A DNA stretch of 32,000 bases from Candidatus Electrothrix yaqonensis. Lineage in GTDB: Bacteria; Desulfobacterota; Desulfobulbia; Desulfobulbales; Desulfobulbaceae. The translations under genes were made by a program, and so were the position numbers. The stretch covers positions 3,706,688 to 3,738,687 of the forward strand of contig CP178758.1 of NCBI GenBank assembly GCA_047651235.1. The letters are read 5' to 3'. Position 1 is the stretch's first letter. The number at the start of each line of letters is the position of its first letter. Of the stretch, positions 7,830 through 16,870 are shown piece by piece. The notes beneath the pieces were generated by a model that had not been told where the DNA came from, searched no databases, and worked only from the letters and a program-made list of their open reading frames with translations.

Positions 7830-8306
7830 ATGAGTGTGTCATCCGTTATCAGTATCCGGGATCAGGGTGCGCTTGATCTGGTACGCTCTCTGCTGAAACA
7901 GGGAATATCTGTCCGCATCCGGGTTTCCGGCAGCTCTATGCGGCCGCTGCTCAGCGGTGGAGAAATCATTGAAGTGGCTCCCCCTGCAGCCCGATCACCC
8001 AAAATTGGGGAGATCCTTTTGTTCTATGATCAGCAGGGGAACCCGCTCGTTCATCGCCTGATCAGACGTCGTTGTTGCAACAAGGTCCTTTATCTGCAGA
8101 CCAAGGGTGATGCCTGCGCAGGTTGTGATGGTTTTATTCCGGCAGGGCAGGTTCTCGGCCGTGTTCAGCGTATCATTATCAAGCATAATACTATTGATCT
8201 GCAGCACCCGGTCATGCATTTTCGTTCCTTCTTTATTGCTCTCCGAAGTCTGATATTGTATTATTATCTGCAGTTCTGCAATAGACTGTCTTCTGCATCT
8301 GATTAA
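7830..8306 (+). CDS. S26-family signal peptidase I, ER/archaeal (SipW-like) type
   Basis: VSGSSMRPLLSGGEIIEV carries the catalytic Ser motif (GxSMxP). GNPLVHRLIRR carries the conserved His of Ser/His-type S26B enzymes. There is a C-terminal hydrophobic segment, FFIALRSLILYYYLQF. Alternative starts at 7737, 7740 and 7743 would overlap the preceding gene. Confidence 0.7.
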   Translation: MSVSSVISIRDQGALDLVRSLLKQGISVRIRVSGSSMRPLLSGGEIIEVAPPAARSPKIGEILLFYDQQGNPLVHRLIRRRCCNKVLYLQTKGDACAGCDGFIPAGQVLGRVQRIIIKHNTIDLQHPVMHFRSFFIALRSLILYYYLQFCNRLSSASD

Positions 8307-8585
8307 GTATCAAATTACAGCCGGTCTTTTTGTAAATAGCTGGCCGAATATAATTGATAGCTCCAGCTTGACTACCGAACCTCTTTTTCAGCATTTTTAC
8401 AGCGCCAGAAGTCTCGGTTATTAGGGTGGACTGCTTGTTCCAAGGTCTTCCCACAACAGTTTCAGAAGAGCGAATTACATGCGGTAAGACACCCTCCTCT
8501 CCTTCTACAATTTACAACCAGCTTTATTTCCGTTATAATTTCATATTAGAGGAGCTTGAAAATTATTCGAGACAGGGAGGAAAAA

Positions 8586-9344
8586 ATGAAAAGTCCGTCG
8601 TTCATAAACTGCAATGTAATATTTTTGACTGTTCTGCTGACTGTCTGTTTTTGGGGGACGACAGCCGCCGAAGCGCAGACCGGTTCTATAAAAGGTTATG
8701 CGAAAGATAAGGACAGTGGGGACGGTATACCGAATATACATGTGCGGGTATGCATTGATCCATGCCTTAAGCAGAGCGATTGGATTACCGAGGCAGAAGA
8801 TACACAGACGGAACCTGTCGGATACTATGAAGTGACGGGACTTCCTGCAGGAACATATAAAGTGAGATATCTCACGTATAGCATTGATACTCCTTCGTAT
8901 GTGGCTCAATGGTACAACAGCTTGGATTATGCTGATGCTGAAGATGTAGATGTTAAAACCGATCAGGCTGTTAGCCTGGACGATGTGCTGCTTGAGCAGG
9001 GTGTAAGCATTACAGGGACGGTGACAGATGCCGACTTTGCCCCTATTGCAGAGGTGAGAGTATATGCGTACAAGGAAGGTGACAGGGATAACTGGGTGGC
9101 CTCTGCTATAATAACTGAACCGGACACAAATTACACTCTTTCCGGTTTGGCTCCGGGGATCAACTATAAAATATATTTTATGGCCGACGGGTATATCAGC
9201 GAGTGGTATGATGATAAACGCGGTTCTGTCGAATCGGTTCCTGCCGGTGCTGCTGATGTTCTTAGCGGCACTACCGATATCGATACTGTCCTGAATAAAC
9301 GAGTATCTCTTGTGCCGGTATATTATCTGCTGTTACTGAAGTAG
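8586..9344 (+). CDS. Secreted protein with repeated carboxypeptidase-regulatory-like (CarboxypepD_reg) beta-sandwich domains
   Basis: A strong SD (GGGAGG) precedes ATG 8586. Signal peptide: MKSPSFINCNVIFLTVLLTVCFWGTTAAEAQ. Two modules are visible: GSIKGYAKDKDSGDGIPNIHVRV...YYEVTGLPAGTYKVRY and ITGTVTDADFAPIAEVRVYAY...NYTLSGLAPGINYKIYF. Confidence 0.7.
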   Translation: MKSPSFINCNVIFLTVLLTVCFWGTTAAEAQTGSIKGYAKDKDSGDGIPNIHVRVCIDPCLKQSDWITEAEDTQTEPVGYYEVTGLPAGTYKVRYLTYSIDTPSYVAQWYNSLDYADAEDVDVKTDQAVSLDDVLLEQGVSITGTVTDADFAPIAEVRVYAYKEGDRDNWVASAIITEPDTNYTLSGLAPGINYKIYFMADGYISEWYDDKRGSVESVPAGAADVLSGTTDIDTVLNKRVSLVPVYYLLLLK

Positions 9345-9355
9345 AAGGAAATATA

Positions 9356-9384
9356 CTGATTATGTTACGCAGTTTGCGAGACTG
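9356..9384. repeat. Solo terminal inverted repeat of a TTACGCA-ended IS family
   Basis: ctgattatgttacgcagtttgcgagactg resembles the left ends at 9496-9520 (aactgatgttacgca) and 13686-13710 (attaggagttacgcagttggcaaaaatctg). Confidence 0.5.
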
Positions 9385-9495
9385 TAGCCTGTTGCTGAAA
9401 CATGAGATTTATTCTCTGCGCAGAGCGATCCGTGCGGCACGGGTTCCCCACCCTTGACCGGGCCATCGGGTCCGGACTTGACATAGAGAACAGAA

Positions 9496-10463
9496 TAAGT
9501 CTATAACTGATGTTACGCATTGGCGCCAAATATATTATCTTGGAGGCAATGAATACAAAATATATTGACCTCTACACGGATTATCTTGCCGTGACGTTCG
9601 GATACGCCACGGCAACCGGCCTGTCGGACATGCTGCGGATGGCGAGTATACCTCTATGGATTTATGGAAACAGGTCAGACCGGTCATCCGCGAAGTGGAA
9701 GCCGATGACGGTGTGCTGATATTCGACGATACCATTCAGGAAAAACCGTGAATGGATGAAAATGACCTTATCTGTCGGCATTCTGATCACTGTAAATGGA
9801 AAAACGCCAAAAGAATCAGTCTACTGAACTGCGTTTATCATGTCGATTGGCTTGAGCTGCTGCGTTCAATGGTTAATACTTGTATGAGGAACCGACTGCG
9901 GTTTACCCGGATTCTGTCTGATTCATGGTTCAACTCTGTTGAAAATATGGAGCATATCGAACTCGGACATAACAAGGAGTTCATCGGTGCATTGAAAAAC
10001 AACCGACTCGTCGCGTTGACTGAGGAAGACCGTAAAAACAAAAACCGTATAGATCAGATCAAATGGTCAGAACAGGAAGCCGTTATCGGTTGGCTGAAAG
10101 GACTGAAGTTTCCAGTTCGTCTCGCCCGGCAGATCTTTACAAACAAAGACGGAAGCACCGGCATCCTGTATCTCGCCTGCAGCCAAGTTTACGACAATCT
10201 ATAGAAAACGATGGAAAGTCGAGGTGTTTCACAAGTCATTGAAGTCGAATGCGGCGTTATCCAAGTCTCCTGCGCGCCGTGTAAATGCGCAGGGCAATCA
10301 TATTTTTGCCTCCATTGTTGCTGTGTTTAAAATGGAATGCCTAAAAATCAAAACAAAGATGAACCACTTTGCCCTGAAGTCGAAGCTCTATCTGAAAGCC
10401 GTCCGTTCAGCATTTGATGAGCTTCAGAAACTCAGGACTGCGTAACATCAGTTGTTAACTTAT
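9496..10463 (+). mobile_element. Decayed IS4/IS701-superfamily insertion sequence with a frameshifted, internally deleted DDE transposase
   Basis: Terminal IRs match 22/25: ataagtctataactgatgttacgca (9496-9520) against the reverse complement of tgcgtaacatcagttgttaacttat (10439-10463). Transposase fragments occur in three frames: LIFDDTIQEKP, DENDLICRHSDHC, ILSDSWFNSVENMEHI, and RKRWKVEVFHKSLKSNAALSKSP (a YxxRWxIExxFKxLK-type motif). Confidence 0.7.
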
Positions 10464-11738
10464 CGATCTTTTTTTCTGTCATTTACAGCACAGGTTTTCT
10501 CCGCAGGAGCTTCTTTGCTGCTTAATGTTATGATCGCTCGAATGTTGGGTGTCTCAGGAACAGGTCTTTTTTTTCAAGGTATGATGATTGCCGGTATCGG
10601 CTCTGCTGTTGCCCGCTTGGGGATGGATAATGTTATCACACGCTTTATAAGCGTTTATTTTTCCGAGAATGATTTTGACAACATGGTACGTGTTGTACGT
10701 ACCGGGCTGAAAGCAGGCTGTGCAGTGACTTTTGTTCTTTTCTTTCTGTATGCAACGGTCAGCCTGCTGACCCCTTTTTCTTCTTTTCAGTTTATGGTAT
10801 TATCCATACCATTTCTGACTTTTTCAGCTATATATTCCTCGGCGTTGCGCGGCATCGGAAAAGCAGTATTGTTTACCCTTATACAGAGAGGTTTCGTCCC
10901 GACTGTCTTTATCCTGCTCTTACTTGTTCATAATGTTTTACAGCAGGAAATGATTCCGGAAAAAAGTTTTCAGCTTTATTTCGTGGCATCTTTGTTGGTC
11001 GCAATATTTTCCTGGGCTCTATGGAGATTTTTTTTATCAGGTCGCGATTCAAATTCAGCAAAGCATTTCAGCTCAGATCATTTTACCTGGACTACCCTCT
11101 GGCAGGGAGGAGTTCAGCATACCTATGTGGTCTCTCTCCTGAACTTGGCTGTATTTCCTTGGGCAGGTATTTTCTTTCTCGGAATATTTTCCAGTCCTGA
11201 ACAAGTTGGTCTTTACGGAGTTGCTTGGCGTCTGGCAACTCAATTATCTTTAATCCTGATCGCTTCAGGAAACGTAGCTGCACCTGAATTTGCGAAACTC
11301 CATGCACAGGGGAAAATACGGCAACTTGAAGCAGCTATCCGAAAAACCTCACTGACTGTTCTGCTTGTTTCTGCCGTTTCGGCCTGTATAATGATAGGTG
11401 CCCACCGGGAAATCCTTGCTTTGTTCGGAAAAAAATTCATAACAGCTTCTGGTGTTTTTTTTATCATATTGACAGGACACATAATCCGCTCCTCTGCAGG
11501 GAATACAGGAATGCTGCTCATGATGACAGGACACGAGCGGGAGGTGAAAAAAACGCTTCTTATCTCGTCATCAGTTCTGATTTGCTGTACCATTCTGCTT
11601 AGTTGGATATGGGGGGCGCCGGGAGCAGCTTGGGCCAATACGATTGCTTTGAGTGTACAGAGCGGTTGTCTTATCTACTATTGTATTGCAATTCTTCATG
11701 TAACCCCGCTTCCTTATTGGAAATATATATCTCCTTAA
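10452..11738 (+). CDS. Polysaccharide biosynthesis flippase (Wzx / MOP superfamily). The native 5' end is displaced by the IS.
   Basis: A 428-aa polytopic membrane protein. The N-terminal ...LLLNVMIARMLGVSGTGLFF and the late ...LLMMTGHEREV... region are typical of Wzx/PST-family proteins. The only upstream in-frame start is TTG 10452, which lies inside the IS terminal repeat. The first ATG codon is codon 27. Confidence 0.7.
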   Translation: MLTYRSFFLSFTAQVFSAGASLLLNVMIARMLGVSGTGLFFQGMMIAGIGSAVARLGMDNVITRFISVYFSENDFDNMVRVVRTGLKAGCAVTFVLFFLYATVSLLTPFSSFQFMVLSIPFLTFSAIYSSALRGIGKAVLFTLIQRGFVPTVFILLLLVHNVLQQEMIPEKSFQLYFVASLLVAIFSWALWRFFLSGRDSNSAKHFSSDHFTWTTLWQGGVQHTYVVSLLNLAVFPWAGIFFLGIFSSPEQVGLYGVAWRLATQLSLILIASGNVAAPEFAKLHAQGKIRQLEAAIRKTSLTVLLVSAVSACIMIGAHREILALFGKKFITASGVFFIILTGHIIRSSAGNTGMLLMMTGHEREVKKTLLISSSVLICCTILLSWIWGAPGAAWANTIALSVQSGCLIYYCIAILHVTPLPYWKYISP

Positions 11739-11761
11739 AAAGATTCTGCTCACAGGATTAT

Positions 11762-12502
11762 ATGTACCTCTCAGATACTACAGATATAATAATTAAACCG
11801 GTACGTTTATTTGAAAAAGAATTTACATTTATCCTTGATAAGGAAATTAAAGATATTGTAAAAAATATTAACGATAAAACATTATGGATCGTCACCTTTA
11901 ATTTTCAAATGCTTGGGAAATGTAGTGAGGATGAAGGATATTTATCGTTACTCTCGTCAGCTGATCTTTTTACATGTGATGGAGCTCCTATTGCGTGGAT
12001 TGTTACTTTTCTCACGAGATATAAAGTTCCTCGTATTACAGGAATACAAATAGTAGAATATATAATAAAGAATACAACCAAATCTTTTGGTATTATTGGA
12101 GGAAGATCACATACAGCAGCACTTTCCAATATGAAAGTGGATTTTAGTCGAGTTCTATTTATTTTTAACGGAGATATTAATCACAATTCTAATAAGACAA
12201 TAAGTAATTTCGCAGATTCTATCAAAGCAACAAAACCAGAATATGTTTTTGTTGCACTCGGAATAGAAAAACAGGATATTGTATGTAAATATTTAAAAGA
12301 AACTGGAGTTAAATCGATTTATATAGGAGTTGGAGGTACGTTTGAAATATTAGCTGGTGAGCAAAAAAGAGCTCCAGAATGGATTTCAATTATAGGAATA
12401 GAATGGTTCTTCAGATTTATTCAAGAACCAAGAAGATTATTTAAACGATATTTTATAGATTACCCTAGAGGCATTTATTTTTATCTAAAAAATCGTCTTT
12501 AA
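11762..12502 (+). CDS. WecB/TagA/CpsF-family glycosyltransferase (GT26)
   Basis: About 246 aa from ATG 11762. Motifs are DLFTCDGAPIAW, FVALGIEKQDIV, and APEWISIIGIEWFFRFIQEPRRLFKRYF (the family C-terminal signature). The longer ORF from 11603 overlaps the wzx end and is GC-shifted. Confidence 0.75.
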   Translation: MYLSDTTDIIIKPVRLFEKEFTFILDKEIKDIVKNINDKTLWIVTFNFQMLGKCSEDEGYLSLLSSADLFTCDGAPIAWIVTFLTRYKVPRITGIQIVEYIIKNTTKSFGIIGGRSHTAALSNMKVDFSRVLFIFNGDINHNSNKTISNFADSIKATKPEYVFVALGIEKQDIVCKYLKETGVKSIYIGVGGTFEILAGEQKRAPEWISIIGIEWFFRFIQEPRRLFKRYFIDYPRGIYFYLKNRL

Positions 12503-13684
12503 CGATTGGATATATTTTTCCTCTCTATCTTTTTGCCAAGCGACGGCTTCCTTAAAAGCAGCATCATTTCTTGTATTAGTATGATGAATAACAGAAGATA
12601 TCTTTTTCGCAAAACTTATATGATCTTTAACTACTGCAACAAAGCTTGGAGGAGAATTTATCCCCCGAAAGGCTTGTTCTGTTGCAACTATAGGTATAGC
12701 ATAATTAACAGATTCTACAGATTTGATCTGTACTCCTGATCCAAGAATTGAAGGGATTGCAATGCATTTAGATGATAAAATAAATTCATCAATATTTTCA
12801 ATATAACCATGATAAGTAATATGACCACCGCAAGGTATAATTTTTTCTGCACCTTTCCCAGCAATACCTATTTTTATATTAGGCAATAGCGGTACAACTC
12901 GGTTAAAAAACCATATAAGACTCTTTCTGTTTGGCTCCCAAAGCCAATTTCCAAATAAACATATATCTCTTACAATAATAGATTGATAGTAAAATTTCTC
13001 TGATAGAATCTTCTTTTTTACAAATGGAGACAAAGTAATCGTATTTTTTTTATCGATATTTTTATATGTTTCTATAAACAGATGTCGATCTTTTTCACTT
13101 ATAAAAGTCGCTCCGTTATTAGGTGCAAAATTCATTCTCTTTTCATATTCCTTTATTTTCTTTGATTCTCTCAAGTAAAGTTTTTTTATCACCCCTTTTT
13201 TAAAATATGCCAAATCAGAATAAACAGATGGTTCGAAATTATGATTAATCAAATAGTATTTTCTATGCATTTTATTTTTCTTTATACACCTTTCTTGGAG
13301 AGTCCAGAGCATTTGCCCGTGATCAACAATCATTAAGTCATATTCATTTAATGATAATAGAGAATCAAGTATTTTTTTATATGATATAGAAGTATATTTT
13401 GCCATACTAAATGGAATGTCTTTTACAATCGATTTTACCACCCATGATAACGAGATAAGAAAAATATTTTTTGTTTCGATATTACGATAACCAGCTATGT
13501 AGATTCTAACATTTTTTTCTTCTCTAAAAGAAAAATCATTCTTTTTTTCTTTTCTTCTATATCCGACCAAATCTATAGAATACCCTTCTTTCGCAAGGCT
13601 TTTGACGAGTGTCGATGTATAAATCTCTCCGCCTGTAGAAAGCTGAGGGATAACAGTTGTTAGCATGATAATTTTTTTCATCAT
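12485..13684 (-). CDS. Glycosyltransferase, GT4-like (GT-B fold)
   Basis: The N-terminal KIIMLTTVIPQLSTGGEIYTSTLVKSLAKEGYSIDLV and the C-terminal PSILGSGVQIKSVESVNYAIPIVAT are typical GT4/GT1 motifs. Its 3' end overlaps the convergent GT26 gene by 18 nt. Confidence 0.7.
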   Translation of the reverse strand: MMKKIIMLTTVIPQLSTGGEIYTSTLVKSLAKEGYSIDLVGYRRKEKKNDFSFREEKNVRIYIAGYRNIETKNIFLISLSWVVKSIVKDIPFSMAKYTSISYKKILDSLLSLNEYDLMIVDHGQMLWTLQERCIKKNKMHRKYYLINHNFEPSVYSDLAYFKKGVIKKLYLRESKKIKEYEKRMNFAPNNGATFISEKDRHLFIETYKNIDKKNTITLSPFVKKKILSEKFYYQSIIVRDICLFGNWLWEPNRKSLIWFFNRVVPLLPNIKIGIAGKGAEKIIPCGGHITYHGYIENIDEFILSSKCIAIPSILGSGVQIKSVESVNYAIPIVATEQAFRGINSPPSFVAVVKDHISFAKKISSVIHHTNTRNDAAFKEAVAWQKDREEKYIQSLKTIF

Positions 13685-13685
13685 T

Positions 13686-14517
13686 ATTAGGAGTTACGCA
13701 GTTGGCAAAAATCTGGTAACATAGCTGCATGAACAAAGCTAAGATAACAGATTACGATTACATAGATTTTCTGATAGGGACGCAGAAAGTCTATAGCTGT
13801 ACGGAAGCCGGGCGTGTTCAACCCGATGAAACAGGCGGTCCGTCGCATGATGCCTTCACCCGGCAGCTGCATCGGCTTTTTCCGACTACAGACCGGCTCT
13901 GGTCGGAAGTTAGGGATCATGTTGAGTTCTTTCAGAACAATTTGATATTGTTCATCTTAAAGGTTACGGCATGATCAAGGTATTCAAGAAAGTCACAAAA
14001 GACGATGACTTTGAATACCGGGCCACTAATGACCTGATGCGGCTTAAATATGCTGAGATCAGTTGGATGATTGAAACATATCATCGCGGCATTAAACAGT
14101 TCTGCGGCATTGAACGCTGTCAGGCCTGTTCAGAGAGAGCGTAGCGAAATCATATCGAGATGGCTTTACGGGCCTTTCTTCGGCTTGAATATCATTGCTT
14201 TGCTAAAGGAATCTCTTGGTTTAAGGCAAAAATTTCTGACTGTTACGGATTTAGGGGAGGGGAGCAGCCAGCCCTAAAAACCTTTAAATGTCTGTCAAAC
14301 CTGAAAAATCAGTGCGTTATCTTCAGCCAGTCTGGTCTATTGAACCCCTCAAGCTTTAATCCTAATCGGTTGATTTAAGGATGTTCTATCGGGGGTCCCC
14401 TAAATCCGTAACAGTCAGAAAAATTTCAATTGTCAGAGATGCTGTCAGAGCATATTTGGCAAAGCCAATTTATACCCTCGAACCTATCAATCTTTATGCA
14501 ACTGCGTAACTCCTAAT
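13686..14517 (+). mobile_element. Decayed, internally deleted IS4/IS701-superfamily element related to the one at 9496-10463
   Basis: Perfect 19-bp terminal IR: attaggagttacgcagttg (13686-13704) against the reverse complement of 14499-14517. Transposase fragments include YDYIDFLIGTQKVYSCTEAGRVQPDE...SHDAFTRQLHRL and IETYHRGIKQFCGIERCQA. The element abuts the GT4 start codon (13682-13684). Confidence 0.7.
14236..14418. mobile_element. 183-bp MITE-like element nested inside the IS remnant, flanked by an 8-bp target-site duplication
   Basis: Terminal IRs are ctgactgttacggatttagggg (from 14236) and its reverse complement ending at 14418. AAAAATTT occurs immediately on both sides, at 14228-14235 and 14419-14426. 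Confidence 0.75.
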
Positions 14518-14613
14518 TATATTAGAGTTATTCCTGAATAACTTCCGAGTCCCCAAAAACAGCCACTTGAAAAACGAAAAATGGGCCTGTAATCTTATAC
14601 AGGAACAACTCTA

Positions 14614-15312
14614 TTATAAAATGAATATCTTTTTTAAAAATTTAACATAATGTTTATTGGAGAACAACATATAGGATTCACCTTGATTTAACATCTGTTT
14701 TTTGTATGTAGATGCATCAATGTTCATTATATTTTTATCTATATCAAAAAAATCTTCAATTTTTTTAAAATTACCTTCTATCAAGTCTTCATATTTAGTG
14801 TTTATATAATCTCTATTATGAATCTTAGCTTTTAACTTAAATAAGTTAATTCTGTAAAAACTTCTAATTTTGAAAAGGATGTATTCAGATAATACAAAAT
14901 TGATAGTAGTATTGTTTGAATCTCCTTGAAAAGAAGACCAAATATTGCTTTTCAAAGCTCTTCTATGTGATGCATACTGAGCTATAGAATTTTTTCGTGT
15001 AATAAGAATTATTTTATAATTCTTATTTGATATAATATAATCCATAACTTTTCTATTATGATTGAAAAATAGCTTGAAACCAAAAAAAGACGCATTTGTA
15101 TTATGACACGTTTGTTCCTCTACGGCCTCAAGAAAAGAAATAGGGCTTAAATCTCTCTGATACAGAGTATAAGGTATATTAAAGATATCGCTAAAGATTT
15201 TCTTTGGATGGAATAACTCCGCATGACAGTATATTTCTGGTATAGAATTAAGTATGCTCATCAGCATATTTGAACCTGTTCTGGCTTCACTTATAATTAC
15301 AAATTTTTTCAT
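14614..15312 (-). CDS. Sulfotransferase (Stf0-like, PAPS-dependent)
   Basis: N-terminal 5'-PSB-type loop: FVIISEARTGSNMLMSIL. Later motif: ILITRKNSIAQYASHRRA (the Stf0-type R..N...Q..S motif). About 232 aa and AT-rich. Confidence 0.65.
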   Translation of the reverse strand: MKKFVIISEARTGSNMLMSILNSIPEIYCHAELFHPKKIFSDIFNIPYTLYQRDLSPISFLEAVEEQTCHNTNASFFGFKLFFNHNRKVMDYIISNKNYKIILITRKNSIAQYASHRRALKSNIWSSFQGDSNNTTINFVLSEYILFKIRSFYRINLFKLKAKIHNRDYINTKYEDLIEGNFKKIEDFFDIDKNIMNIDASTYKKQMLNQGESYMLFSNKHYVKFLKKIFIL

Positions 15313-15314
15313 TA

Positions 15315-16181
15315 TTAATGAGATGATAAGAAATCAGTTATTATGTTTAAGTATCTATCACAATTCATTTTTTCCGCATATCCTTTTACATCAGGATACC
15401 AACTAAGCCTTTCGTCTTCTATATTAAAGTCTTCTTTGAATATAGAATTATAATTATTGAACGGAATGCCGATTTTGTTCATATACAATGAAAATTCTTC
15501 TATAAATTCTTTTTTCTTCTGAAAGAAAAATACTTTTCCTCCATAAGAATTACATTGTTCAATAGAATATGCATTACATATTAACCAGATAAAAATGAAA
15601 GACATAAAGGCACTTTCTCTTTCAATGCAAGAAAAATCTTTTTTTACATGAAAATCAAGTATTTCTTTTAATTGATCGTTTATATTAAAAAGATTTTTCT
15701 TAAAAAGAAAAAATTTAGCTCTCTCTAAAAAAGGAAAAACCCCACTTTTTATCTTGAAATTAATCATAGAATTCCATACACTTACAGGATTCCTAATTAT
15801 ATGTATAGGTATAAAATTTTTATCTTTAGCGAAATCTTTAAGGATAAAATGACATCTATTTGTCTGGTAACCTATAAAATCAGGTTGCTCAGATAAAATA
15901 TTTGTCAATAACGAAAAAAAACTATAATTAGGAAAGAAACTGTCCCCACGATGACACATGAATATATTTATGATTTCATCAGATAAAAAACTATAATCTT
16001 CCCATAATTTAATACCATGGATTGGATGAGCATCTTTTGAAGAATGTAAGATTTTATCGCATATATCCTGATGGCAAGGCTCATAAAGAAATAATCTATT
16101 CTTATTAGAATGCTTAATCAAATGCCATATAATAGTCGTTCCAGATCTGAAGTATCCATTTATAATAATTTTTTTTTTCAT
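15315..16181 (-). CDS. Sulfotransferase family protein (PAPS-dependent)
   Basis: 5'-PSB loop: IIINGYFRSGTTIIWHLI. 3'-PB-like motif: IHIIRNPVSVWNS. It sits 2 nt upstream of the other sulfotransferase on the same strand. Confidence 0.65.
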   Translation of the reverse strand: MKKKIIINGYFRSGTTIIWHLIKHSNKNRLFLYEPCHQDICDKILHSSKDAHPIHGIKLWEDYSFLSDEIINIFMCHRGDSFFPNYSFFSLLTNILSEQPDFIGYQTNRCHFILKDFAKDKNFIPIHIIRNPVSVWNSMINFKIKSGVFPFLERAKFFLFKKNLFNINDQLKEILDFHVKKDFSCIERESAFMSFIFIWLICNAYSIEQCNSYGGKVFFFQKKKEFIEEFSLYMNKIGIPFNNYNSIFKEDFNIEDERLSWYPDVKGYAEKMNCDRYLNIITDFLSSH

Positions 16182-16295
16182 ATAGACTCTCTATTTTATC
16201 TTTTTTTTATTTTTGTAAAATTTCAACAGATCATACTATAAAGGCTGTACTGACAGTAGAAAAAAAGTATTGTTCATCAATCTAAACGTAACCAC

Positions 16296-16865
16296 TCACA
16301 GGGTACTCCGCTCATGCAGGCTGAGAATCCGATTTCTGTCCTCTGAAACAGCAACGCACAGCATCGGTAAGAACCTCGAAAGTCGATCTGCCCCGGAGCC
16401 TGCATGTCTGCCGCAGTGAAAGAATCCGTTCAACCCGCTGGTTTCTCTTGTCGCTGTTCGTGCCCTGAGAACGTTTCCGCCACAGCACATCGAAGCGGAT
16501 CATCCGTTCCGCCGCCGCCCATTTCCCGCAGACGGCAGGTTCCGGATCACCGCGCTCCGCCAGTCCGCCCGGCGGATCAGGTCTGCTGCTTTTCGGCCTA
16601 TTTCTTACACCCTGTAGCCCCGTCGCTGACCAACCAGGATACCGTTCCAGCCTTCCGATCAGCTGTTCAAACGCCTCTGCGGAGTGTTTCGGATGAATCA
16701 TGAAAAAAGCGGTGCACCGGTTCGCCGTCACCCATAATCAGTTGAGTTTCCTGCCGGTTCTCCGGGTTGTTTCGTCTGCATGCCCGATGCCTCCGCTTCG
16801 TGCGGCATCCCGTATGCTTTCATAATGCGGTTCGACAGCCGCCGAAGCCCAGTCAATTCAGCTTA
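16296..16865 (-). pseudogene. IS66-family-like transposase remnant (5'-truncated and frameshifted)
   Basis: Minus-strand translation across frames gives ...GIGHADETTRRTGRKLNWLWVTANRCTAFFMIHP.... It continues ...WRKRSQGTNSDKRNQRVERILSLRQTCRLRGRSTFEVLTDAV. These resemble the IS66 DDE-core and C-terminal motifs (haDET...WLWV; R.nslf..s..G......i.sl..Tc.l.g). It forms a GC-rich block inside the AT-rich locus. Confidence 0.5.
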
Positions 16866-16870
16866 TACCG

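Noticed and set aside
8426-8909. ORFs 8426-8710 (+) and 8541-8909 (-) around the start of the CarboxypepD_reg gene
   Set aside because: They overlap a gene with a strong SD, a signal peptide and domain motifs, and have no features of their own.
16404-16703. 99-aa plus-strand ORF in the GC-rich block
   Set aside because: It lies antisense to the IS66-like transposase remnant, and its Pro/Ser/Arg-rich translation is typical of a shadow frame.
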